Positions 1 through 9,707 of a stretch of 64,000 bases of DNA are shown here, in pieces. A program made the translations under genes and the position numbers. This DNA comes from an uncultured Chlamydiales bacterium (GTDB lineage: Bacteria > Chlamydiota > Chlamydiia > Chlamydiales > Rhabdochlamydiaceae): NCBI GenBank assembly GCA_963700985.1, contig OY969554.1, positions 192,001 to 256,000 on the forward strand, in the 5' to 3' direction. The number at the start of each line of letters is the position of its first letter. The first letter of the stretch is position 1. The notes beneath the pieces are model-generated. The model made no database searches. It was not told the origin of the DNA and saw only the letters and a list, made by a program, of their open reading frames with translations.

Positions 1-622
1 ATTGTTGAAGATTCTTTAGGCACTCTTTCCAAGAGGTGAGTGCAAAGGCTGATCCCTCTTGACCGGTTTTCAGCCCATCGAGTTCTACTTGAGGAAAATT
101 TCCTTGAGTGCCTTGAGTGGAAATCTTGGCCAACCCTGCAAAAGCAACAATTATAAAATCTTCACCCAGCAGTTTTGTAACTTTATGCTTATCATCTTTG
201 GCCATGTATTTTTGCAATTCTTGCAGCTGTGCCAATAGATCGAGTGAAAAAAGTTGCCAATAGGATAGGTGTCCTGCAATCGACCAGTTCTCTATCCAGC
301 TGCCGATGATGCCCCACTGCTTTGGGGTTAAATTGAGGTTTACAGCAAGAGTAGTTGGTGTTGGTTTACTGGTGGGCTCTAAACGTAAAATGTTTTCTGT
401 AACCGCTGCTGCTTGTTCAGGCGCGGCATTTAAACCAAGGCCGAGGTTGCTCATATCTCTGCTTAGAGCGCTTAAAGTCGAGCGCGCTAAAAGAGAGGCT
501 TTTTCTTCCGCTTTAGGTGCCGCACTACTTCCTGCGGCATGTTCGGTGCCAGCAGCTCCAGGATTTATCGCAGAGCCTACTGATTTTGAAAGGGGAGAGC
601 TTACAGAACTTGGTGCAGCCAT
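1..622 (-). CDS. 5' part (runs off the window) of a third tandem paralogue of the large HicA-domain protein family
   Basis: Not in the ORF track. My translation from ATG at 622 is open to the window edge: MAAPSSVSSPLSKSVGSA...ENILRLEP...VNLNLTPKQ...LSYWQLFSLDLLAQLQEL...NFPQVEL. It aligns with the N-terminal parts of 635-3049 (VQLNLSPSR...LSWPEVWGLDVFHHLQQL) and 3046-5301 (ITLKLTPQE...NFPEVTL). The C-terminus is not visible. Confidence 0.8.
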   Translation of the reverse strand, partial: MAAPSSVSSPLSKSVGSAINPGAAGTEHAAGSSAAPKAEEKASLLARSTLSALSRDMSNLGLGLNAAPEQAAAVTENILRLEPTSKPTPTTLAVNLNLTPKQWGIIGSWIENWSIAGHLSYWQLFSLDLLAQLQELQKYMAKDDKHKVTKLLGEDFIIVAFAGLAKISTQGTQGNFPQVELDGLKTGQEGSAFALTSWKECLKNLQQ

Positions 623-634
623 TTTCTATTCTTT

Positions 635-3049
635 TTAACTTTTGTCAGCGCTGTTTACATGTTTTCTCAAAGCCCGCGCGAGGCCTGGCTTAAGCTGACT
701 TCCACCACCGTGAATTGGGAGACTAAACGGCTTATTTCGACTGCCTTCTTTATTCTCTTTAGTTTTGAGTTTGGCATGCGAGCCACGCATCTCGTTTCTG
801 GGGATGTGACCTTCATCTTTCAGGCGTGTTAAGATCTTGCGCATCTTCTCACCCCGGCGAATTTTAAATCGCTCTTCTGTGCTAGGGGCAGCAGCAACAG
901 GTGTCGGCGCAATCACTCTAACAGGAACTGTAAAAGAGGGGAATACGCGTTGCAAAGCGGCCAATGGCGTTTTTACAGGACGTCCAACCACATCTTCAAT
1001 CATCGGAGCTTGGGGTCTGCTCAATAGGCTTGCTATAGGTTTACTAGGTGTTTCTTGCGCTGCTGCAGTTGCAACTGGGGTAGCATCAGATTTGTGCTCG
1101 GTCCTAATTTCAACCGGCGCCTTTGGAAGTGCGCTTGCCAAAAGAGTGTCGATAATTTCACTAACATCCAAATCCATATATTCTACAAGTTCGGGTGCAA
1201 GCAGGTGTGCTTCTGAGGTTATGGCATCTGAGTCAACGCTCATTTTTAGTACGGCTTCGAGGTCTTTAGCTAGCATGGAAATGCGACAAAAATCCAGACC
1301 ACCTTTAAAACCGAGATCTCCGAAAAATAAAGTCCATTGCTGTCTTTCCACTTGGAGTTGTTTAGGGTCGAGAGTTTTCAGGAATCCTTCGATCAGTTTA
1401 AGGTGTGTTTGGCGCGTTTCTTCCAGCTGAGGAATCCTGCTATTCATGATGTTGATCAATTCTGCAAACTGCTCGAGAAAAGGTATCCATAGATTAAAAT
1501 AGAAGCGCGGTCGTTCCGAAAGAGTTGTGAATTGTTGGTTAGCCTGGATCAGATCCTCAAGCGTAAGGGTGCTTTGGGGAAAAAGCGTATGTAGATCTTT
1601 GCGCATGGTTGTTAAGAGGGCATCTAAATCACTTTGTTGCGTAGAAGACAAGCCGAGATGAGGACCTGCCGCCGCCGCTACGGTCAAACTTAGAAAAGGA
1701 GCTATACCTCTTGCCTCTCTTTTCAGATAAAAGTCTAAGTTCAATGTTATCCGCTTCATGGCAGTCAAAGTGCATACAAAATCGTTAGGGTATAAAGACG
1801 CTAAGATCTGCTCATCTAAAATATCAATAACATCGTGCAAAAAACCGTTGAGAAAGGCCGTTTGATTGTGCTTATAAAACAACGAAACAGCAAAATCTTC
1901 CTGATTTTTTCCCCGAATGTTTGTAATACCCTCCCTTTTGCAAAATGCTTCGTGCGTGAGCGTGCCTTGGCGCGCAGCCTCAAAATCTTCCGAGAGTTTT
2001 AATAAATCAATGGCAACAATTCTAAAGGATAGAGCCAAGAATTGTTTTAGCTTCTTAGCTGCGGCAGGCGTGTTTTGCTCTTTTTCTAAAGCTTTTACAA
2101 GCTTAATAAGCCCCTGGGCTGCAGTGGGGAGAATAGAAAGCTTTTGCGTCGCTACACCGTCTGAAAAACCTTTGAGGATGAATTCGCAATATTTCAGTAA
2201 GTCTTTTAACGTCTTTTCTGGAGAGGCATTACAAAGAGAAGAAGCTTTTGGAAATTGCTCCTCTAAGTATGAAAGGTTAAGATCACAAAGAAAGGTAAGC
2301 GCCTGGGGGTGTTGCAATAATTCAGAGCCAAAACTTATCCGATCTAACACCTTCATAAGACACGTGATTGCTGTTTTATCTTTTTTATTAAGTAAAAATG
2401 GGAGTAACCCAGCTTGAAACTCTTGCATGCGTAAAATCCACTCTTTACGCGAGATCATAATGCAAAACTTGCCCTTAAATGTGTCTTTAGGCGCGTCTTT
2501 ATAAAAGAAGTGGATTTTTGGAGTCTCCTTTGGGTATCTATGCACCCGATATTCGGCAGTTAAACTCACATAACCAAACATGAAATCGCTACAGAACGTC
2601 TGCATGACGAGTTCTCTTGCTTCTTGGCGCAGATGGGGCAAAAGTTGTTGCAAATGATGAAATACATCGAGCCCCCATACCTCAGGCCAACTCAAACGGT
2701 TGTATAATGCCCAGCTTTCTAAGATGGTGTCTTGTAGCTTTTGTCTTGAAGGCGATAAATTTAATTGAACTTGTGGGATGCCATAGCGATCCAGATCTAC
2801 TTTTATTTTAGGATTTTTTGCAGGAGGTTGTAGACGCATAACACCATGAATGAGTGCATCTACATTCTCCTGTTTTTCACCTAAACGACGAGCTATTTCC
2901 CCCGCATCTTTTTGGACCATTGCGCTTAAAGCTAGACGCTGAGTTACGGATTGCTTTTCATCAAGAGGGGTTACCTGGCCTGGTCCAACCAATCTAGAGG
3001 GAGTTTCAAGACTTGTTCTAATAGTTACAGAAGGAATTGATGCGCTCAT
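635..3049 (-). CDS. 804-aa putative secreted protein with C-terminal HicA-like RNase domain
   Basis: C-terminus KILTRLKDEGHIPRNEMRGSHAKLK...FSLPIHGGGSQLKPGLARALRK matches the HicA pattern (helix-G-x-GSH-strand-PxH-helix). S/T-rich N-terminus. Paralogue of 3046-5301 and 59606-61948. Confidence 0.75.
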   Translation of the reverse strand: MSASIPSVTIRTSLETPSRLVGPGQVTPLDEKQSVTQRLALSAMVQKDAGEIARRLGEKQENVDALIHGVMRLQPPAKNPKIKVDLDRYGIPQVQLNLSPSRQKLQDTILESWALYNRLSWPEVWGLDVFHHLQQLLPHLRQEARELVMQTFCSDFMFGYVSLTAEYRVHRYPKETPKIHFFYKDAPKDTFKGKFCIMISRKEWILRMQEFQAGLLPFLLNKKDKTAITCLMKVLDRISFGSELLQHPQALTFLCDLNLSYLEEQFPKASSLCNASPEKTLKDLLKYCEFILKGFSDGVATQKLSILPTAAQGLIKLVKALEKEQNTPAAAKKLKQFLALSFRIVAIDLLKLSEDFEAARQGTLTHEAFCKREGITNIRGKNQEDFAVSLFYKHNQTAFLNGFLHDVIDILDEQILASLYPNDFVCTLTAMKRITLNLDFYLKREARGIAPFLSLTVAAAAGPHLGLSSTQQSDLDALLTTMRKDLHTLFPQSTLTLEDLIQANQQFTTLSERPRFYFNLWIPFLEQFAELINIMNSRIPQLEETRQTHLKLIEGFLKTLDPKQLQVERQQWTLFFGDLGFKGGLDFCRISMLAKDLEAVLKMSVDSDAITSEAHLLAPELVEYMDLDVSEIIDTLLASALPKAPVEIRTEHKSDATPVATAAAQETPSKPIASLLSRPQAPMIEDVVGRPVKTPLAALQRVFPSFTVPVRVIAPTPVAAAPSTEERFKIRRGEKMRKILTRLKDEGHIPRNEMRGSHAKLKTKENKEGSRNKPFSLPIHGGGSQLKPGLARALRKHVNSADKS

Positions 3050-5301
3050 CGTTTACCTTTTCTATGTTTATTGACTTGTTTTTCGATGCTGTGTGCAGTT
3101 CCAGTCTTGAGAGAGCCATGTAAGGGCAGGATGGTCTGCTTGCCGTCATCTTTGCTTTCTAGCTTGAGGTGAGAGCCTCGAATCGATCGAGGTAGGAAGC
3201 CCAATTCTCTTAAACGCGCGATAATTTTGCGTTTTTTTTCGCCCCGACGAATTTTAAAAGGCACCTCTTCCTCGACGCGAGCTGCTCTTGCACGAGGTGC
3301 AGGTGTAGCTGTAAGCGAAAGAGTTTGTGCCAAACTTCTAGCTACAACCGCTGTTGTGGCTTGAACTGTAGTAGGCCGTGGTTTTTCAGGCTTGCCTTCG
3401 ATATCCTCAATCATCGGACGGACTGCAGTGCTAGGTTTTTTTTCATCATCCAGAGGTTTAGGTGCGAGCCTCTCGAAGATCTCTTCAAGGCCTTCTAAGC
3501 TCATTAAATCGATCAACTCTTCAGGTAGTAAATGATCTTCAGAGTTGAGTCCATTGATGTTGACATTGAGGTAAGAAACCGCTTGAAGATCTCGGGTTAA
3601 CATGCATAGGCGGCAAAAATCGAGGTTTTCTTGAAAAGAGATCTCTTCAAAATAGTCAATCCACTTTTGGCGATTTTGAGAAAGCTCGCGCGGATCTAAA
3701 GTTTTAAGAAAACTTTCAATTTTTTCTAAATGTGATAGACGTAGTTCTTCAAGGCTAGGTAGGGCCAAATCGAAAAGCTTTAGATGAGATTCAAAGAGTT
3801 GTACGAAAGGAATCCACCGGTGGTATTGTAGCTTGTCTGCCTGATGTAAATTGTCTAAACCAGATTTAACCCTATTTAATTGTTCACCAGCGGGTAAAAA
3901 AGGAGATAAAAGTGTGCGCATGCTACTTTGAACGTGAGTATGAAAAGCTCCGAGTTCAGCTTTTTGCATATCGATTAAGGAAGAGGAAGGAATTGACAGA
4001 TCTCTAAGTGGGGAAGAGGCTCTTGCTTCGGCTTTGTTTAAAAGCCAAACCAGATTGGCATCCAAGCGATGAAGAGCAGCACTGGTAGGTACGTAAACAT
4101 CTGGAAAAAGCTTTACTAGGATCTGTTTGTCGAAAATTTCCAAACAATCGTGATAAAAATCCGTGATTAGGCTGCATTGGAGCAGTTGGGCATAAAGAAA
4201 GGCCGTAAATTCCTTCTGGTTTTTTTCTCTTGCTACAGAAATTCCTTGTGACGCGCAATAACTTTTGTGCGAGAGCGTTCCGGCTTTTGCAAGAGATAAA
4301 CTGCGCTGTGTCTGCCGCTGTAGTTTTTCAAACTGTATAAGAGCATTACCTAATTTCTGTTTTATGTTTTTTACATCAGCTAATTTGCGTTTCTTAGAAA
4401 ATGTCTCAAGTGCCTCATGAAATTCTGACATACAAGAATCTTGGATGCTGAAGTATCCACGTTTTAGGCCCGAGTTAAATCCGGTGATTAAAAATTCAGT
4501 CAGGGTAGTGAGATCTTGGTGGGTTTTTTCGGTAGAGGCATGTGTTAAAGCCGCGGATTTTGGAAAATACTTTTCAAGGCTAACAAGATGATCGTCTACA
4601 AGAAAAGTGTGCGACTTTGGCTTAGAAATTAACGCAATTAGAAGATCCACCCTCTTTATAACAGCTTGAGTACGCGCAGATTTTGAAATACGCGAGCTTT
4701 TCAGCGCTTCTATGACTTGCGTCAATAAAAGAACCCAGTGACCAATTGAAATTCCTATCTCAAATCCATTGCTTGGTTTGGTTCGGTCGTAAAGTGTCAC
4801 TTCTGGAAAATTAGAATCTGGATTTGTGGCGTTTTTTATCATGATGAGGCTGATATAGCCCCAGAAAAAATCTCCACAAAATTTCTCGCGAAACATCTCT
4901 CCCGCGCCTGCTGGTAAAAGAGGGATAAGCGCTCCCATCTGTTTGAAAAGATCGACACCCAAAATTTCTAACAGGCACATTTCTTGCTGCAGCGCTAAGC
5001 TTCCGAAAATTTCATCAAGGAGTGCTCTTTCTTGAGGCGTGAGTTTGAGCGTGATTTCAGGGAGTTTCCCATGCGAAATGAGTTTCCAATCTAAAGGCGC
5101 CAAATTCATGACATTTTGCATAACTAAGCTGCTTTCAGCAGCCGTCTGCCCAGGAATGACCGGGCCAGACAATATCTCTATTGTGCCCCTAGCAAGCGCA
5201 CCGATCATATCATCTCGCGTTCTTCCATCGCTTTTTACATCTGATGCTGCAGCCAATGGGCTGCTAGTTTGTGAAGAAACTGAAGTGATTTTAGAGCTCA
5301 T
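3046..5301 (-). CDS. 751-aa putative secreted protein with C-terminal HicA-like RNase domain
   Basis: C-terminus KIIARLRELGFLPRSIRGSHLKLESKDDGKQTILPLHGSLKTGTAHSIEKQV is a near-canonical HicA sequence. N-terminus MSSKITSVSSQTSSP. Stop overlaps the next start (ATGA, 3046-3049). Confidence 0.8.
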   Translation of the reverse strand: MSSKITSVSSQTSSPLAAASDVKSDGRTRDDMIGALARGTIEILSGPVIPGQTAAESSLVMQNVMNLAPLDWKLISHGKLPEITLKLTPQERALLDEIFGSLALQQEMCLLEILGVDLFKQMGALIPLLPAGAGEMFREKFCGDFFWGYISLIMIKNATNPDSNFPEVTLYDRTKPSNGFEIGISIGHWVLLLTQVIEALKSSRISKSARTQAVIKRVDLLIALISKPKSHTFLVDDHLVSLEKYFPKSAALTHASTEKTHQDLTTLTEFLITGFNSGLKRGYFSIQDSCMSEFHEALETFSKKRKLADVKNIKQKLGNALIQFEKLQRQTQRSLSLAKAGTLSHKSYCASQGISVAREKNQKEFTAFLYAQLLQCSLITDFYHDCLEIFDKQILVKLFPDVYVPTSAALHRLDANLVWLLNKAEARASSPLRDLSIPSSSLIDMQKAELGAFHTHVQSSMRTLLSPFLPAGEQLNRVKSGLDNLHQADKLQYHRWIPFVQLFESHLKLFDLALPSLEELRLSHLEKIESFLKTLDPRELSQNRQKWIDYFEEISFQENLDFCRLCMLTRDLQAVSYLNVNINGLNSEDHLLPEELIDLMSLEGLEEIFERLAPKPLDDEKKPSTAVRPMIEDIEGKPEKPRPTTVQATTAVVARSLAQTLSLTATPAPRARAARVEEEVPFKIRRGEKKRKIIARLRELGFLPRSIRGSHLKLESKDDGKQTILPLHGSLKTGTAHSIEKQVNKHRKGKR

Positions 5302-5539
5302 TTTTTTGCCTATTTTTTAAATAAAGGTATAAAGATTATAAAGCGTTGGGTTTTAAATAAATAGTATTAATTTGTATTTACTTCGTTCAATTTAAGTTGG
5401 TATTTAAGTTTTAAAGGTAATTATTTGCATGTTCTGAAGGTAGGGTGCTGAATTGCAAATAATTACGATTGGGTCTAGATTTCTCTATCCTTGAAGAGGG
5501 AATTTTGTTAAGTATTTACTTTAATTCTTAGGGGTAGCG

Positions 5540-6427
5540 ATGTCTGCTTCACTCGTCCCACGTAGTGTGGGAACTCACGATGGTTCTTTCCATGCCGATG
5601 AGGTCACAGCCTGTGCCTTGCTCCTGCTTTTTAACCTAATAGATCGCGATAAGATCGTGCGTACGCGCGATGAGGCGCGGCTGGCCAGGTGCGAATATGT
5701 GTGCGATGTGGGCGGAGTGTATGATCCCGCACGCAAACGCTTCGATCATCACCAGGTCTCCTATCAAGGAGATCTCAGCAGTGCAGGCATGATTTTGCTC
5801 TATCTCAAAGAGAGCGGAAAAATCGATGCACCGACCTATGACTTTTTCAACCGTTCCCTAATTCAAGGCGTAGATGCGCATGACACGGGAAGAGCTTCAA
5901 CACCTGTGGGGACAGCGACATTTTCGATTGTGATTAGCAACTACGTCCCACTGACATATGATGCCTCAGATGAGCAGCAGAACCAGGCATTTTCTCAGGC
6001 GCTAGATTTTGTTTCTGGGCATCTCAAGCGTTTGTTAGATCGCTACCAGTACATTTTAGCTTGCAAAGAGCTGGTGGCAGAGAGCATGAAGAGTGATCTG
6101 CCTTATTTGCTTTTTGAGAAGCCCATCGCCTGGCTGGAAAGCTTCTTTGAATTAGGCGGAGATCAGCACCCGGCGCAGTTTGTGATTATGCCTAGCAGCA
6201 GCGGCTGGAAGCTGCGTGCCATTCCGCCTAATTCAGAAGAGCGCATGAAGCTGAGATTTCCACTGCCCGAAGCTTGGGCGGGGCTAAGAGATGGCGAGCT
6301 AGAACGAGTTTCTGGAATTGAGGGTGCAATTTTTTGCCATAAAGGCAGGTTTATTTCTATCTGGAAGACAAAAGAGGCCGCGCTTAAAGCTCTTGAAAAA
6401 ACGTTAAAAGAGAAGAAGAAATCATGA
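5540..6427 (+). CDS. MYG1 (UPF0160) family metal-dependent hydrolase/exonuclease
   Basis: Motifs GTHDGSFHADE, CDVGGVYDP..RFDHHQ, LSSAG and FCHKGRFI. Confidence 0.93.
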   Translation: MSASLVPRSVGTHDGSFHADEVTACALLLLFNLIDRDKIVRTRDEARLARCEYVCDVGGVYDPARKRFDHHQVSYQGDLSSAGMILLYLKESGKIDAPTYDFFNRSLIQGVDAHDTGRASTPVGTATFSIVISNYVPLTYDASDEQQNQAFSQALDFVSGHLKRLLDRYQYILACKELVAESMKSDLPYLLFEKPIAWLESFFELGGDQHPAQFVIMPSSSGWKLRAIPPNSEERMKLRFPLPEAWAGLRDGELERVSGIEGAIFCHKGRFISIWKTKEAALKALEKTLKEKKKS

Positions 6428-6765
6428 CCACGGTGTTTGCGAAGATTATCGAAGGAAAAATTCCGAGCAAAAAGGTGTTCGAAAATGAACGTATTTTGGC
6501 TATCGAAGATATCGCGCCGGCAGCTCCTGTGCATATTTTGATCATGCCTAAGAAAGCCATTGCGAGTCTTCATGCGCTGAAAGAAGAAGATCTGCCGCTT
6601 ATTGCCGAAATTGTTCAAGTTGCGCAAAAGCTGGCCGAAGAATTTGGTATTGCAGATGGCTATCGCTTACTTACAAATAGCGGAGCTGATGCCGGACAAA
6701 CAGTTTTCCATCTGCACTTTCACCTTCTGGGGGGAAAGCAGATGACTCACTTCGGGCTCGAATGA
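6424..6765 (+). CDS. hinT: HIT family nucleotide-binding protein
   Basis: TVFAKII..KIP start and histidine triad HLHFHLLGG. Confidence 0.93.
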   Translation: MTTVFAKIIEGKIPSKKVFENERILAIEDIAPAAPVHILIMPKKAIASLHALKEEDLPLIAEIVQVAQKLAEEFGIADGYRLLTNSGADAGQTVFHLHFHLLGGKQMTHFGLE

Positions 6766-8513
6766 AACGCTTCATTTATCCACTTGCGCTAATTCTGCCT
6801 TGCACTCTGTTTGCCATCGATCCCGATATCGGTACGCAAGAAGAGGCTGGCCGGCGTGTTTCCGCACATCTTTTGCTGCGCGATCCACATGCAGCAGTTG
6901 AAGAGGCCAAGCGCGCGCGTTTTCTTTTTCCAGAATCTAAAATGTTGCAAATCTCGCTCATCCGCGCTTTATGCGAAAAAGGCGATGAGATCGATGCACT
7001 TGAAGAGTGGAAACGCGCCACCATGCATTTTGGGGTTAAAGCTAACGAGCGCTTTTTACTCGAGATGCTGGCTTGGGGAGTGCTGAATAAAGGCGAAAAT
7101 TCGACGCAACCGATGGTAAGACTCAGTTCGCTCATCGGTGCATGCGCCACGCGCGATGCTAAGGCCGTGCCGCTGCTTTTAAAAGAGATGCGTGGCACCA
7201 ATTCCTGGTTGCGGGCTTTCGCGGTGCGGCTGGCGTCTGAATTTGGTGATGCGCCTCTTCAAGATGAGCTGATGCGTCTGCTTAAATCCGAGAAAGTTTG
7301 GTATGTGCGTTTAGAAGTGATCAAAGCCATTGGGCAGTTGCAGATTGGTGCGGCTAAAGGAATGCTCAAAGAGCTCATTGCCCATCCACGTACAATAACT
7401 GAAGAGCGTGGCTCTGCGATTATTGCTTTGGTTAACATGTATGAACAGGTTGAACCTGAAGATCTCAAACAGCTACTGCATAGCAAACGGGCCGGTCTTC
7501 GTGAGCTAGCATGTGAGATCGTAGGGCATCTAGAGCTTGAAGACAAATTAGGCGAGCTACTTCCGCTTTTACAAGACACCTCGTTTGAAGTACGCCTAGC
7601 CGCACTTAATTCTATTGGATTGATGCACAATCCGAAACTTCCCAAAGAGCCAATTTTAGAGAAGGTCCGCGTCTGTTTGGATGATGCAACACCCCAGGTG
7701 GCTATTACAGCTGCATGGGTGATGATGGTCTATGGAGAAAAAGAAGGAGAGGTTCGGCTGCATAAGTGGGTTAAGGAGAGCGATCCTCAGATGCGTAGAT
7801 TAGCTTCTGCTGCGGTGGCTTTCTCTGGAATTCAAGGACTTCCTTTGGCTAAAAAGTTAATTCGAGAGAGCGATGATGTCTATGTGCAGGTTAATTTGGC
7901 CATGGGCCTAATTGGCTTGCGTCAAGAGACTGGACTTGCTTGCGATGTAATCTATCGACTTTTTTCTAAGCAGCACAAGGAACTCTGGATGTGGGATAAC
8001 CACCTAAATCCGTTATTTCGCAGCCTATCTCCTTCGCGTGTCAGTCATGTGGAACATATTCCGCACTATCCCATGGTGATCGATCAGCTCGTAAAGCTCG
8101 ATCTGCTCTCAGTACTTAGTATCATGCGTTATTCCAAGGCGCTCGATGCCGTGAAAGGATTTTTAAATAATCAGACTTGGGGCGTAAGTGGAGCTGCAGC
8201 TGCCACGCTTATGGAAGAGGGAAGTGATGAATGTTTAAATTTGGTTGAGCGTCTGCTTACCGATCCCGATCAGAAAATCCGCATGCAGGCAGCTTTTATC
8301 ATGGCCATGATTGGAGGCGAAAGCTCAGCCATCAAAGTTCTTCAAGAGGTTTATCCGCGCATGGATCGTGAGACCAAACTCTATATTTTAGAAGCTATTG
8401 GACATGTGGGTGATCCGACTTCGATTCCATTTCTTCTCGAGATACTGAAAGAACCCTTCCAAGTTCAACGCTTGGTAGCTGCCTCTGCGCTTATTCAGTG
8501 TTTATACCACTAG
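6762..8513 (+). CDS. HEAT-repeat protein with N-terminal signal peptide
   Basis: Repeated VR..A..ALG helical units (YVRLEVIKAIG, EVRLAALNSIG, KIRMQAAFIMA); hydrophobic N-terminus. Confidence 0.8.
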   Translation: MKRFIYPLALILPCTLFAIDPDIGTQEEAGRRVSAHLLLRDPHAAVEEAKRARFLFPESKMLQISLIRALCEKGDEIDALEEWKRATMHFGVKANERFLLEMLAWGVLNKGENSTQPMVRLSSLIGACATRDAKAVPLLLKEMRGTNSWLRAFAVRLASEFGDAPLQDELMRLLKSEKVWYVRLEVIKAIGQLQIGAAKGMLKELIAHPRTITEERGSAIIALVNMYEQVEPEDLKQLLHSKRAGLRELACEIVGHLELEDKLGELLPLLQDTSFEVRLAALNSIGLMHNPKLPKEPILEKVRVCLDDATPQVAITAAWVMMVYGEKEGEVRLHKWVKESDPQMRRLASAAVAFSGIQGLPLAKKLIRESDDVYVQVNLAMGLIGLRQETGLACDVIYRLFSKQHKELWMWDNHLNPLFRSLSPSRVSHVEHIPHYPMVIDQLVKLDLLSVLSIMRYSKALDAVKGFLNNQTWGVSGAAAATLMEEGSDECLNLVERLLTDPDQKIRMQAAFIMAMIGGESSAIKVLQEVYPRMDRETKLYILEAIGHVGDPTSIPFLLEILKEPFQVQRLVAASALIQCLYH

Positions 8514-9707
8514 GTGTGGATGCAAACGAAAATTCAAGAGATTCAAAAAAGACTGAGCCAACAAAAAATAGATGGCTGGCTACTTTACGATTTTCAACAG
8601 CGCAATGATCTTGCTAGATACATCTTACAAATTCCAGCTGAGCTGCATCTAACGCGTCGCTTTTTTTACTGGATTCCAGCGCAGGGCAAGCCGTGCCTAC
8701 TCGTGCATGAGATTGAATCGACACAATTCAGCCATCTCCCTGGAGATAAGCTGATATATCACTCTTGGCAATCTTTAGAAAAGCAGCTCGCCGTGCTGCT
8801 AAAAGGTGTTACTGCTGTGGCAATGGAATATTCGCCTTTGGGCAAATTGCCTTATGTTTCAAAAATTGATGCGGGAATAGTTGAACTAGTGCGTGCCTCA
8901 GGCGTGCAGGTGGTGAGTTCTGCGCCTTTTCTTCAATATTTTACCTGTGTACTCAATGCAGCGCAGTTAGCAGGTCACCGCGCCTCTGCTAAGATGCTAG
9001 ATCAAATAGCAAAGCAAGTATGGGAACTTCTTTCCTCCGCTTTAAAAAATGGCGAAAAATGGACAGAGTTTGATGTACAGCAGTGGATTCTAGCAGAGTT
9101 CTCCAAGCATGGCTTTATTACCGATAGCGCGCCGCATTGCGCTGTAAATGGTCATAGCGCAGATCCGCATTTTTCCCCTTCGAAAGATGAAAAAAGACCG
9201 ATTCAAGCCGGCGATTTCATTCTGCTAGATTTATGGTGTAAGAAGAATGTGGAAGGTGCTGTTTTTGCAGATATCACTCGCGTGGCTGTAGCTGGTAAAC
9301 CCACGGCGAAACAACAGCAAATTTTTTCACTGGTATTACAGGCACAACAGGCTGCACTCAATCTTATTCGCGAGCGTTTTAGTGAGCGTGAAGAAGTCAA
9401 AGGTTATGAAGTCGATCAGATCTGTCGTGCAGTGATTGAAAAGGCCGGCTTTGGAGCATTTTTCCCGCATCGAACCGGACACAATCTTTTTGAACAGGTG
9501 CATGGGCCAGGAGCCCATCTTGACAGTCTAGAGACATGGGATGAACGTCCTTTAATTGCAGGAAGCTGTTTTACGATTGAGCCGGGAATTTATCTGCCGG
9601 GAGAATTTGGCGTACGTTTAGAAAGTGATGTTTATATTACAAAAGACGGCGCCATCGAAGTCTCAGACGCCATGCAGAAGGAAATAATTAGCTTAGAAAT
9701 TGACTAA
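8514..9707 (+). CDS. M24 family Xaa-Pro aminopeptidase
   Basis: Metal-ligand motifs LLDLW, ADITR, HRTGH, TIEPGIYLPGEFGVRLE. Confidence 0.92.
   Translation: MWMQTKIQEIQKRLSQQKIDGWLLYDFQQRNDLARYILQIPAELHLTRRFFYWIPAQGKPCLLVHEIESTQFSHLPGDKLIYHSWQSLEKQLAVLLKGVTAVAMEYSPLGKLPYVSKIDAGIVELVRASGVQVVSSAPFLQYFTCVLNAAQLAGHRASAKMLDQIAKQVWELLSSALKNGEKWTEFDVQQWILAEFSKHGFITDSAPHCAVNGHSADPHFSPSKDEKRPIQAGDFILLDLWCKKNVEGAVFADITRVAVAGKPTAKQQQIFSLVLQAQQAALNLIRERFSEREEVKGYEVDQICRAVIEKAGFGAFFPHRTGHNLFEQVHGPGAHLDSLETWDERPLIAGSCFTIEPGIYLPGEFGVRLESDVYITKDGAIEVSDAMQKEIISLEID

Noticed and set aside
306-2811. Plus-strand ORFs 306-638, 837-1430, 1917-2417 and 2617-2811 as possible antitoxins
   Set aside because: They are antisense shadows of the large minus-strand genes and show no HicB-like (RNase H-like plus RHH/HTH) features.
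5540-6427. MYG1 as an unusual eukaryote-like gene
   Set aside because: The family is already known from chlamydiae and other bacteria, and here it sits in an ordinary operon.
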